DNA of 63,236 bases, counting the filler, from Octopus bimaculoides (lineage: Eukaryota), in the NCBI RefSeq assembly GCF_001194135.2. It is 3 parts of 3 records of this genome, joined end to end, with 100 filler letters (N's around TTAATTAATTAA, not from the genome) between each part and the next. Parts side by side here need not be neighbours in the genome. Positions count along the whole stretch, not along the records: positions 1 to 31,586 come from NC_068998.1; positions 31,687 to 58,251 come from NC_068984.1; 1 more part is not named here. One strand, 5' to 3'. Made by a program: the position numbers and the translations under genes. The notes beneath the pieces are model-generated. The model ran no database searches. It was not told where the DNA came from and saw nothing but the letters and a program-made list of their open reading frames with translations. Below, in pieces: positions 24,536-35,856 of this stretch. The stretch's first letter is position 1. Every line of letters starts with the position of its first letter.

Positions 24536-24656
24536 TCTGCCGCTGTGCAAACTCCGCTGTGCAAACGCCGCTGTGCAAATGATTCTGGCAGTTTATTGCT
24601 TTACTTGCTGCAGTTATATTACATAGTAAATATTGGAGCATACTTAAACTAGTATG

Positions 24657-24822
24657 CAGGGCCGTCCTGACGGCATTGTTGGCCCCCGTGTCAAACAATG
24701 CACTGGGCCCTATAGTGTTTATTTATTGACAAGGCAAAATATACTTAGATCAGAATTGGGCCACTAGACCTGTGGAGCCCCTGGGCGACTGCTCAATGTG
24801 CTCACGCCTCAAGACGGTACTG
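24657..24822. mobile_element. 166-bp hAT-type MITE
   Basis: TIRs CAGGGCCGTCCTGA and (reverse complement) CAGTACCGTCTTGA. 8-bp flanks CTAGTATG and CTGATATG. Confidence 0.65.
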
Positions 24823-25693
24823 CTGATATGGTCATGTCATATTGTGCCAGCAAACTGTGTTAGCCATTACATCCTCTCTAACATATGGGTGATCGGTGAC
24901 TAAACTGGATGTCATCCCAGGATTTTTAGGATCAATCTACATGAAAAGTAGAACACATCAAAGGATGAAAGAGCCACTTTCAGAGCAGCCAGAAACCAAC
25001 CATAATTAAATGGTACGCATCAAAAGTTTACCTGCCAACTGAAAAGCAGCATGGTGACGCTGCGAAAATTAAACAGATTGGTCAGACTGTTAGCTGATAA
25101 TCAGGAAAACGATATCAGTATTATATAATGATCATTTATTTTATCAATTCCTTTTGAATAAAATACAAAAATCGACCCTGCCACAATTTGAACACCTCTG
25201 TACATTCACTTGATCATTCGGTAGTTTTTATCATTTTCATCAACATTTATTGGCGTATATTTGCCAATAGAAGAAAAGAATCCAAGTTATTAGCCTGAAG
25301 AGAGAAGGGAAAAGAGAGAAAGAGAGGGAGAGACAGAAACAGAGAGAGAGAGAGAGCGACACTGGCGGACAGACAAACAGAAGAAGAAATTGCAATGATT
25401 TGCAGCTGGCATTACAGCTAGTGAAAGAGAAAGCATTGCTACAGTAAAAACATCGATTTATTTTGAAATGAATGACAGAAAACAAGAGAGTAACGGGGGG
25501 TGGATGGTTTATGTCAACTTTAAGGGCACCAATGAGATTCATTTCTATACTCACTTAGAAAATCGTTTCTGCCATTGTCATGTGTTGAAAATTATGGTAA
25601 CTCTTGTATAATTTATGTGTGCGCGTTTGTGTTTTAATGTCTTTCTGTGTGTGAGAAAGAGGGAGGGAGAGAGAGGGGGAGGGGAAAGAGAGA

Positions 25694-25790
25694 GAGAAAG
25701 AGTAAGAGAGAATGAGAGAAAGAGTAAGAGAGAATGAGAGAAAGAGTAAGAGAGAATGAGAGAAACAGTAAGAGAGAATGAGAGAAAGAG
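25694..25790. repeat. 22-bp tandem repeat, about 4.4 copies (GAGAAAGAGTAAGAGAGAATGA)
   Basis: Direct reading. Confidence 0.9.
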
Positions 25791-26727
25791 CTAGAGTGTC
25801 TATGCACACACGGTCAAATGTGTAAATGCTTTTATATATGTATGATGATGTTAAAGCATTGTATTGCTACTTGTTGTGAGAGGCACTTTAGATATCTTGA
25901 AAAACGGCATTGAAATTATAAATAATCCTCACTTAAATATCTCTGTTCCGGAAAATCTTCTAAACGAAATAGCGTCCAGCGTCCATTTTCAAGAGAGTTG
26001 CCATGGGAATTTTCCAGCTTAATGTCAACATCTTTTATCGACAAACATGCAGGCATAATGTGTGTGCTGAGAACATGATATTGATTTCTGCATGGGTTCC
26101 AAATGAGTGCTAGATGAATTACAACGAATTAAATAAGTCAATCATTCCAGAAAAGTGAATCGTGCATTCTAGCTTGAAAATCAACGACAAGTTTCCGTCG
26201 AACATCTTATTTGGATACTTTACCCTGTCTTGTCGATTTTAATCTGTTTACATGCAACTTCACATACTATTTCGATTTACCATAATACCTCATCCCCCAC
26301 CCATCCCCTTCATCTTCAATTCTTACAAACAGTGTCACCTTCTTCTGGACAGATTTCATTATCCTTCACTCATTGTTACTGATTTTCAATAAAAGTGGTC
26401 GGCCACTATCAACAATTGTCAATGAAATATCAACAGCTTTGATCTGAATTGATGGCATAACAAATATCAACGAAAGGCCTCTTGATAAACATCAAGTCGA
26501 ACACGTATCTATGATAACGACATCTAATTTGAAAACTAATACACGATTCCCTACTTCATAAACCGTTTGTCGTTTTGCTTAGTTTTATATTATAATGATT
26601 TTACGATTATGAGCTTCCGTAAATATTTGTTCACATTATTATCTTAAATTATGAAGCCAGAAGTAGACAAAACAGACACCACCTTCGTTGTCTCCCTCCA
26701 TTCTCAATAGTGTTCTAATTTATATTA

Positions 26728-27437
26728 CAGCAATCCCTCGACTATCGCGGGTTTTACGTTCTAACCCCCACCCCCACCCCGCGATACGTGAAAATCCTCG
26801 AAGTAGAAACTGTACTGTACTGTATATATTTTTTTAATTATTTTTTATAATTTGTATATATTTATTTTATTATAAATGCAAAACAATACCACACACGCAC
26901 CTCCCGAGTTTCGTTTTCCATACAGTATGTGCGATTCTTTGTTTACTCATCTACGGCACACTACGTATTTTCTTTTAATATACTTTAATTAACAAGGCGG
27001 TGAGCTGGCTGAAATGCTTAGCGGTAATTCGTCTGTCTTTACGTTCTGAGTTCAAATTCCGCCGAGGTCGACTTTGCCTTTCGTCCTTTCAGGGTCGATA
27101 AATTAAGTACCAGTTGCGTAGTGGGTCGATATAATCGACTGGTCCCCTCCTTCAAAGTTTCGGGGTTTGTGCCTAGAGGAGAAAAGAATATACTTTAATT
27201 AATGTGTTATACAGTGCAGTACTGTACTCTATTTTTATTTATCAATTTGTAGGCGTGAAAATGCGTAGTTTACCACAGAAAAATAATTTAAATCTAAACG
27301 TACATAAATATCCATTGGCTGCAGAAACCCGCGATATACTGAAAAGTCCGCGATATAAATTTACATATATTAGCCAGAAAAATCCGCGATGTACAAAGGG
27401 TGCGATAGGTGAACCGCGATATAGCGAGTGATTACTG
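26728..27437. mobile_element. Tigger/pogo-like MITE with a nested SINE
   Basis: TA|CAGCAATCCCTCGACTATCGCGG at the left end and (reverse complement) CAGTAATCACTCGCTATATCGCGG at the right end. Repeated CCGCGATA subterminal motifs. Confidence 0.75.
26993..27186 (+). mobile_element. SINE family A copy with perfect 16-bp TSD
   Basis: AATATACTTTAATTAA at 26977-26992 and at 27187-27202. Confidence 0.9.
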
Positions 27438-27734
27438 TGCTCAAATTTCCTCGACTACTACCACTATGCTTATTAGAATTTAAAGATCTCTGAGCTTTTA
27501 CTTGCCTTCATCGCCATTTCAATAAATTATTGATGTTTCGCGCAAAACTAAAGGCATGCACGCTCCATAAAAGCTAATTGAAGTTCACCATATGTGAATA
27601 GTGTTTCCATTGCGCACTGTAAATGTTTTATGTGCACTGAGGATACTGGACAAATGTCATGAAATTTGATGTGGCTATCTGCACTGTGCCTCTCCTCCTC
27701 ACTTTCTCACTCTTTCTCACGTACTCTCTCTTTC

Positions 27735-27775
<41 letters not shown>

Positions 27776-27822
27776 ATATATATAGAGAGTGGGAATGGGA
27801 AGGAGAGAGAAAAAGAGAGAGA

Positions 27823-27823
<1 letters not shown>

Positions 27824-27880
<57 letters not shown>
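27824..27880. repeat. Compound (AGC)n(AGT)n microsatellite
   Basis: Direct reading. Confidence 0.95.
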
Positions 27881-27881
<1 letters not shown>

Positions 27882-28864
27882 AGTTTGTTGTGGTGTTTAA
27901 CATTATGAACGTTGAGACCATTTAACGGGTTGCACTCTTTTGCAATCATTATGACAAGGTCTCTAAGAATACCCTCACCTGTGCAGTCACAGAGGAGGCC
28001 CGAAACAGTTGTTTGGGGTACGTTCTTTCTTCCTTTATCCCTCTCATTAAATATTAAGATAAAAAGTTGCAAGTCCACGGTCGTTTTACAGAATTAAATA
28101 TTAGGTCGTCTTCGCCGGTAAGAATCGGTGATGTAAGTTTAAAATATCGATAATGTCAGTTGATTTGATAAAAATTCTAAAAATTACAGTCTAAAAATTC
28201 ACGACTGGTTCAGTTTGTTCCTGACCAAAAATCAATGGAACATATCCTTCCATCGCTATCGCTGCTGTACTCTGCCCATGGCTACACTTGGCTTTTTGCT
28301 TTTTCTACTTGTAATTTAGTTATTGATATTGTTTAACCTCAGGTCACTTCTATTCCAGCAGAACTATGATCAAAGACTTTACAACCATAACTATTACGTT
28401 TTTTCTTTGTTTGTTTTTGTTTTGTTTGTTTTTTTTTGTTGTCTATTTTCCTAGTTCTTTTTTTTTTTTTTTTTTTTTTGTCTTTACCGACGTTGTATAT
28501 CTAGCACGACAGGGTGTGATTTAATATAGATTTGTCTGTTATTTTGAATGACTGCGTTGAAGCTGCTCTATTGGTTCATGTGCAATTATGTTGCTTGTTG
28601 TTGCTGCTACTGCTGCTTTTTTAGCCTTAGGTCATCGAGGAAACATATGATCAAAGGTAGTCCAGCAATGACCTTCCATTCTTTTAGAGTTATGAAAGAC
28701 TGCATTGTTTCCTTTCTCTATATAAGACGGCATGCAGTGGTCTGCCGGGGATTTGACTGCCATTTCTTGCACGTTGATCGGCCCCTGTAGGTAGACAGAC
28801 ACGATTGCAGTATTGAGTAAAATACGCACACACAAACACACACACACACACACACACAAACATT

Positions 28865-29045
28865 TAAGTTTATCTTTTATCCTTTATTTGTTTCAATCAT
28901 TTGACTGCGGCAATTCTAGGGCATCGCCTTGAAGGGTTTTAGTCGAACAAATCGAGCCCTGGCACCAAAGCCTGATACATTGGAGCAAGTATGACTGTGT
29001 GGTAAGAAGCTTGCTTCTCAACTACATGGTTCCCGGGTTCAGATC
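28865..29045. mobile_element. SINE family B fragments: 3' end on minus, head on plus
   Basis: TTTGTTTCAATCATTTGACTGCGG...TAGTCGAACAAATCGA, then GACTGTGTGGTAAGAAGCTTGCTTC...GGGTTCAG. Confidence 0.75.
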
Positions 29046-29235
29046 AACCATAAAGCGGTAATATGATCAAAGATGTTCTAGCCATGATTATTCCGTCATC
29101 TTTCAATTATAATGTATCTACGTTCTGGCAGATTCGAATGTGAGTATACTAATCGTTGCTAGATTTCGTCTTCGAAGAACATCTCCTTTTTGATAGTGTG
29201 TGTTTACAATACACTTGATTCATTGAAGCAAGAAG

Positions 29236-29284
29236 ATTTAAAACACTGCTGTGTTTTGACCTGATTGTGTCTTTTTTGTCAAAG
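29236..29284 (-). ncRNA. Decayed type I hammerhead, paralogue of 29568-29616
   Basis: CTTTGA-CAAAAAA-GAC ACAATCAG GTC-AAA-ACAC AGCA GTGT-T-TTAAAT. Stems retained, core degenerate. Confidence 0.5.
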
Positions 29285-29567
29285 CCCTCATCGGATTAAC
29301 GAACTTAAAGAAGAATGGCAGCTCTTGTTTATGAAATTCTATAAATTATTTGCTGATGCGTGATAATGTCTGCAAAACTGATAATAAGTTGTCATGCGCA
29401 CGGAGAACAGCAAGAATTAAAAGAATGACGTGCATATTTATTGTTGATACTTTCGACAGCTTCTAACATGAATATACTAATCGCTGTTTTATTCCTTCTT
29501 TGAAGAACACTTTCTCCTTTCAGATGATGAGTTTTCACCACACACTCGATTCAATGACGTAATGACA

Positions 29568-29616
29568 CTTTAAGACATCACAGTGTCTCGACCTAGTTGT
29601 GTCTCTTCAGTCAAAG
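29568..29616 (-). ncRNA. Type I hammerhead, single core mismatch (A14>G)
   Basis: CTTTGA-CTGAAGA-GAC ACAACTAG GTC-GAG-ACA CTGTGA TGT-C-TTAAAG. 6-bp stem I, G10.1-C11.1 pair, GUC triplet. Confidence 0.7.
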
Positions 29617-30492
29617 ATACCTCTAGATTAAAACCACCCCGTGTTTAACCAAACACCCGCTAAGAGTCAATTGAAGTCAAGAAAAGGCTTCCTTAGAATT
29701 TATTATTTTCCTTGAAAGTCTCAATAGGAAAAAGGAGTAGCATACTACTCTCAACAACAATGATGTGGCGTTCTACTTGAGTGGTAAACTTAATACGTTG
29801 CCAGTTTAAGATTATTGCAAGGTTTTGGGGTGTCTTCAACTGGGTCCTCTATACTAACACATCCTAGCCGGGTCTTCAGTTTGACGATACTTTCCTGCCT
29901 CCTAACAGTCCTGGATGGGCCATGGGCACTGCTCTTTTACTGATTTCACGAGAAAATAATGTGTATTAAACATATGGCTATAACTATACAAATGTTGTAA
30001 ATGACCTCGACAGAGAAATATTTGTGTTCAGTTCATCCTAATGGAAGCACTGACTCTGCGGATTTATTTTAAAAAATCTCCATCTACCTCACCACCAAAG
30101 TGAACTCGATATGAACGAATGAATAACTGCAGTTTCAGGAAGAGGGAAGTGGTGGAGAAGGTAGAGAGGAAGCGATGTCAGAAGGTCGTAATGCCTCAGG
30201 TTTCACGTGTATGAGAGACAGTTTATTTTTGTTGTGTCTGAACAAAGAACGTAACAAATTAGTTGACCGTGTTGTCACCGGAAGTTGATCGACAACTCAG
30301 CTCTCGCCACGTTCATTAACACTATTGTTAAAAATTACTATAGAGAAAGAGTTAGGATTGAATATTTGTGTTTTTACAACCATGCTTTCTTTCTTTCTCT
30401 TTTTCTCTCTCTCCGTATACACACACACGTATGTGTATGTCTGTGTGTAAGTGTGCGCGCATGTATGCGTATACACACGCGCGCGCACACAC

Positions 30493-30534
<42 letters not shown>

Positions 30535-31087
30535 TCATATATGTATGTCTAAAAATATATACATATAATTGTATATACAAATATCCATGTATACATTTAA
30601 GTTTGTGATTGTATATATATATATATATATATGAAGGCACGTGATACATAGATTTGGTTGTCGTACTTGTGATCTGTAGGTCGTATGTTCGATTTTGGGA
30701 TTAGACGGCGCATTGTGTCCTTAAAATAAGAGATTTTATTTCATGCTACTTTGTTTTTAATTCAGCCAAAATAAGTACCAACAACAGCTAAGTGAAACAG
30801 ATTAGCGTACCGTTCTGGGAGAGTTTTGTACTCGCAACTGCTCAAACCCCACATAAATTGTGATAGGTTCAGGCCCAGTGGTCCTGTACACTCGAGACAG
30901 AATTAAATTTACTAAGCGTGTGGAAATATATCGAAATATATACAATATACGTAAATCAATGCATATGTTTAAATACATGTATATATATAAGTGTTCGTTG
31001 AATGTTCGTTGGTCGGTTGGTTTTCCCCATTCACGCTTAACACTGTATAGAGAGAAAGAGAGGAAGAGAGAGTAAAAGTGAGAAACA

Positions 31088-31245
31088 GGCGCAGGCGTGA
31101 CTATGTGGTAAGAAGCTTGTTTCCTAACCACATGGTTCAAGGTTCAGTCCCACTGCGTGACACCTTGAACTTCTACTATAGCCTCAAGTGGACAAAGACT
31201 TGTGAGTGGATTTGGTAGATGGAAACTGAAAGAAGCTCGTCGTAT
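31088..31245 (+). mobile_element. SINE family B 5' half
   Basis: GGCGCAGGCGTGACTATGTGGTAAGAAGCTTG...GGTTCAGTCCCACTGCGTG...GAAAGAAGCTCGTCGTA. Confidence 0.85.
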
Positions 31246-31586
31246 ATATATATATATATATGTAAGGGACGACCGTGCGAACTCAAAAAGGAGCAATGGT
31301 GACGAATGGAAAAACAGAGGACTCCTTTTATTTAAACGTGTCACACGGTCGAACACACAATTATATATCGATGATGATATAGATGATATGTTATGCGACG
31401 ATAACATAGATGACCAGTAATGAAAGACCACAACCGTATTAGATGAATAACAGAGATATTTATTATGGCGTTAAAGTGTATGTCTGTGTGAGAGTGTGAA
31501 TGCGACATATAATAACATAATCAAAGACAGGCCGTCATACAAAGAAAAGTGTGTATGTGAGTGATACATGTGTGAGTTATTACAGC

Positions 31587-31686
31587 NNNNNNNNNNNNNN
31601 NNNNNNNNNNNNNNNNNNNNNNNNNNNNNNTTAATTAATTAANNNNNNNNNNNNNNNNNNNNNNNNNNNNNNNNNNNNNNNNNNNN
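31587..31686. other. Artificial 100-bp scaffold linker (N44-TTAATTAATTAA-N44)
   Basis: Identical structure at 58252-58351. The 12-mer has stop codons in all six frames. Confidence 0.9.
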
Positions 31687-31747
<61 letters not shown>

Positions 31748-32468
31748 CCTACATACAAATATTTGTGTATGTGTGTGCATGCGTGTGTGTGTTAGTGTGT
31801 TTGTGTATGTCTGTGTGTGTATGTACACGTCTGTGTAAGTGCATATCTGTATTAATATTAAAACCCTGCCTTATGATTTTTTTTTCCATTTGTGAAAACA
31901 TGTATAGGCTTACATAAAGGAAATATTTCACTGCAAGCATAATATTGTTGAAATATCACACCTGTGCAAATACATTCAGGATTCAAAGAATTTCTAGTAT
32001 CAGATAAAACAGATTGTAACACAAATGGTTTCTTCTCTGTAATAATTAACACATATGTCTGTTAATATAATCTGATATGTTAAAAGTGATATGACATTGT
32101 GTAAAATCATGATCTTGAACCTCTGAACTTAAATTTACGTCCATCATTTTTATCACTTATCTATTTCAACTTCAGACTGTAAATTCTTTGAAACCTGTTG
32201 CTTGTTATAATACTGTCATCTCATTCACTTGTCATATTCACATATAGCTGATTTAGAGTTTCAATAAATTTGGAGAGCTAATTAAATACTTAATATATAC
32301 TTCTCTCTCTAAGTGAATTTGTATAAATGCTTCTATCCATATTTGTCTTTATGGAACTTTGTCTATATTTGCATATTTATCTAAACATGTGAGGGTGTTT
32401 GTGCATTAACATATACCTGTCTACATTATAGATAGGAGCATATATATATATATATATANNNNNNNNNN

Positions 32469-32566
32469 CGAGGACAGGTGGTGTAAATAACAAAAGGATG
32501 TATTAGTATGACGCTCGGGAATACGGAAAGTCTTTGACGTTTCGAGCTACGCTCTTCAATATAGAT
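32469..32566 (-). mobile_element. PLE terminal fragment with a decayed hammerhead (same family as 7443-7640)
   Basis: Minus strand: (ATA)TTGA-A-GAGC GTA GCTC-GAAA-CG-TC-AAAG, followed by the shared CGAGCGTCA..CTAATACA tail. Abuts gap/(TA)n. Confidence 0.7.
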
Positions 32567-33455
32567 GGATGGGTGGATGAATAGATGGCTAGTTAAACAG
32601 AAAGACAGATAAATAAAGAGATATGTAGACAAGATTTTAGTGGGTGAAAATGAGCATAGATGAGTTATTTTGTCAGTCAGGTTTTCACACTAGATTTTTA
32701 TATGTTCACAGTTTAACAAGTACTTTTTTGCTTTTTAATATTCTTCATGAAAAAATAATGTAAAGACATTAACAAACAGCAACTGTGTTCCACAACTGAC
32801 AACTGTTGAGAAAGTTTATTTTCGTTGAATACCTTATGATAAGGTTCAGCTTACTGAACTTTACAAAATCTATTTTAGCCAATGAACATGCAGCTTAGAC
32901 ACCACAGTTTGAGAAATGTAGTAACAGTTTGTGTCATTAGTGCATATTCATAGTAATATTTTAACCAATCAGACAGGGGTTTGGCTTCACTCTGTTGTTG
33001 AGAAACATCTGATAGTAGTAACAGTTCTGCCTTAAATAATTTTCTATGAAATGAAATTCAAATCAATATTGATATTATTATTCATGTTATTGTTCATTTG
33101 GAATAAATTTCTCAAACAAACTCCCTTCACTCTCTCTCCTTCTACTGCAAGTTTCAAATGATTGATTAATGTGATCTGATGGATATTAGGGTTCCTTCTT
33201 GGTTACTAGTATGTTACTCGTGTATTCACATGTGTTCTAATAATGAGTTTCTCATCTGGCCAATAATTATTTCGACACAATTCAGGCATTTGATGCATTA
33301 CATCATATTTTTGCTTTTGCGATGCATATTTGCATTTAAAATTATTCTTTTCTTAGTTTTTGTGTTGTGTGTGTGTGTGTGTGCATGCGTGTTTGTTTGT
33401 ACATGAATGTGCATGTCTGTGTCTGTATGACTGAATGCATGTGGGATGTGTCGCG

Positions 33456-33640
33456 GTGCAAGCATGACTAAATATTTGAGAAGTGTGGTTCCTGACAACA
33501 TGGTTTGTGGTTCAGTCTGACTGTAGGCTAATATCACCAAGAAACCAAAGACTTCCAAATGGATTTGGTAGATGAGAACTGAAAGAAACATGTCATTTAT
33601 ATATATATGTGTGTATGTGTGTATATGTGTATATATGTAT
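33456..33640 (+). mobile_element. Old SINE family B head, CpG-depleted
   Basis: GGTGCAAGCATGACT...GGTTCAGTCTG...GGATTTGGTAGATGAGAACTGAAAGAAAC. Confidence 0.6.
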
Positions 33641-34077
33641 ATGTATATTTATGAAAAAGAAGAACGTAAATGCTATTTTTTAAAAATTAGGTACATTTAA
33701 ATTTCTTTATATAATACATAAAAAAATGTTTCTGTTCTACATGTTTTGGTTGTTTGTAAACCTTATCAAAAATATGTACTTAAATGAAATATGTGGAGAA
33801 AAAATTATTAATAAAATAAACGTTTGTAGTGTACATTTCTTTTTCCTGTAAGAGAAAGTGGTAATTCTATTAATTTTCGTGGCATAGCTAGTAGCAACTT
33901 GAGCTGCTGTCTGTGATGGTCAATTAAGTAGTGTGGTCAAAACTGTTTCCAAAAGGAGTGGCCACAGTAGTCAAATAAGCAGCAGCAGCAATGGTTGTCG
34001 TAAAGTTATCTCCCTGAAGTCTTCCCATAAATGGATTTATTCAATCTTTATTTCTTATGAATAATATACATATAGTT

Positions 34078-34255
34078 TCAGTGTTCTGAGCGTAAAGAAT
34101 TTAGACTCGGTCGATGCTTTCTCATGAAATGTATTTCCTTGCTAATGCGTTCATTTTGGCTAGCGTTGTCTTTGAATTTGTATAATGTAAAAGTTGTGAA
34201 TTTGGGATATTTATTGGATGCAAATTTGTCTATGTGTTCGCTGACAGATATTTTC
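34078..34255 (-). mobile_element. PLE GIY-YIG endonuclease C-terminal fragment
   Basis: ISVSEHIDKFASNKYPKFTTFTLYKFK...ERISKEIHFMRKHRPSLN matches the PLE 'R..E..FI....P.LN' end. Confidence 0.7.
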
Positions 34256-34284
34256 GCACACACACACGTTCATACACACACCTA

Positions 34285-35173
34285 CAAGTTATATTTAAAA
34301 ATATCCAACTTTATTTTTTCTCATAAAAAAGATGCCATGTAGACAAAATCCTTTGGGTAGAAGGTGACGACACTTTTCCTGTGTGAGTAAAAAAAATGTT
34401 ACGATGGTAAACAGCACCAGTTCACAGCTGTTAGGACTAGAATACAGACGTGTAATGTGCACTCGTCGGATTCTTGTTTTCAACGAATACAGTGAGCAGC
34501 AATATTGCATCGAGTTTTGCAAAAAGCTTGGTGATACACAATCTCAAACTATTCAGAAGATTCAGTTGGCCCTTGGCAATGATGAAGGAGTGGTACAATA
34601 GCTTCTAACCTGACCTCACCGAAGTGGAGAGTGAGGCATGCTCAGACGGGCCATCCACAAACTGAAACGAGATGCTGATTGCAAAAGCTGCATGAATAGT
34701 CATGGAAAACCATCTAGTAACAACCCAGGAAATTGCCCATGAAGTGCGAACAATGATAGGATTGGTGCATTTCGTTTTAACAAAGGATTTATGCATGTGG
34801 GGATGGTCAGCAAAATTTGCCTCTAAGGTGCTGGGCGAGTAGCAGAAGCAACTCAGTATGGAAATCGCTCAGGACATGCTGGACTGTGCAAACCACGATC
34901 CAGAAGTAGTGAAGTCCTTCATCATAGGTGATGAGACATGGGTTTATGGTCTCTGCTTGATGCGGTTTGTCAACTTTTGTGACAACGAAAATCTGATGGG
35001 CACACAGTTCATATCTGTACTCTAGGCATAACAACTGGGAGCTGACAAAGTCTACTAGTGCGAAAATTTTCATGCATGCACAAGCAGCAGAAGGGTGGCA
35101 TCCCTTCTCAACCAAAACGTGGCATTAGTTTTCAGAGGTAAAATAAAGTTGGATACCCTTTGAATGCAACTTG
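34285..35173 (+). mobile_element. Mariner deletion derivative with ~200-bp long TIRs and the N-terminal half of the transposase
   Basis: TA|CAAGTT..TATCCAACTTTATTTT at both ends. EQQYCIEFCKKLG...IIGDETWVYG. 34355-34480 matches the reverse complement of 34985-35113. Confidence 0.85.
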
Positions 35174-35188
35174 TATATGTGTGTGTGC

Positions 35189-35254
<66 letters not shown>

Positions 35255-35685
35255 GCATTTACGAATACATGAGACTTTGAATCTCCTTTTCTTAACATCC
35301 CATTATAGTGATGGGTATTACTGTCATAGAAGCAGTTTCATTCCTATCCAATATTCTATGAGAACATGTCTGATAATGAGAAAATATTACTTTCCTTCGA
35401 AAGAGATAAGTTGTTGGTGACAATAAAGGGATCTCGCTGTAGAAAATTTCTCTCAGTAAACTCCACTCAGCATGTGCAATCATAAAGAAAAGTTGTCGTA
35501 TACACATGCACATGTGCACACACACTTGCACACACGGTTTTGGTCAGTTTGGCACTGTTAGAAAAGGCATTTGCTCTCAAACTGCTATACAGTAAGATTG
35601 AATGCAAGGCCCTTTACCATGCAGTCTTGCCTATGTTTTTATAAACAATTATGTATATCCATATCTGTATATATATCTATATATA

Positions 35686-35724
<39 letters not shown>

Positions 35725-35766
35725 TCAGTGAATGGAGTAAAACGCATATGTTAGCTGCATACTTTT

Positions 35767-35856
35767 ATTTCCAACATATGTTTCGAAGATTACAAATTAT
35801 ACCTTCCATAGGAATCGGTGATGTTGTTGAGAATGTAATCTTCTCTTCAGGGAAAT
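35767..35856 (-). ncRNA. Fully canonical type I hammerhead ribozyme
   Basis: ATTTCC-CTGAAGA-GAAGATTACA [39 nt] TGTAATCTTC-GAA-ACATATGT-T-GGAAAT. 6-bp stem I, 10-bp stem II (G10.1-C11.1), palindromic stem III, GUU triplet. About 45 nt of tail follow, then (TA)n. Confidence 0.85.

Larger units (their letters stand above)
29135..29632 (-). mobile_element. Retrozyme-like unit: two diverged ~175-bp direct repeats, each carrying a type I hammerhead, spaced 332 nt apart
   Basis: 29140-29300 aligns with 29462-29630 (about 65-70% identity by eye). Hammerheads at 29236-29284 and 29568-29616. Confidence 0.65.

Noticed and set aside
25035-25081. Hammerhead-like CCAA-CTGAAAA-GCAGC/GCTGC-GAAA...TTGG
   Set aside because: It has G8>A, no pairable stem III and no U16.1. 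It could be a relic but is not supportable.
25880-26560. Possible decayed integrase or transposase on the minus strand (DLMFIKR; MDAGRYFV)
   Set aside because: The motif similarity is too weak and spread over several frames.
31261-31584. Possible solo LTR (TGTAA...TTACA, 324 bp)
   Set aside because: There is no matching TSD (right flank GC, then a gap), no PBS or PPT, and no second copy.
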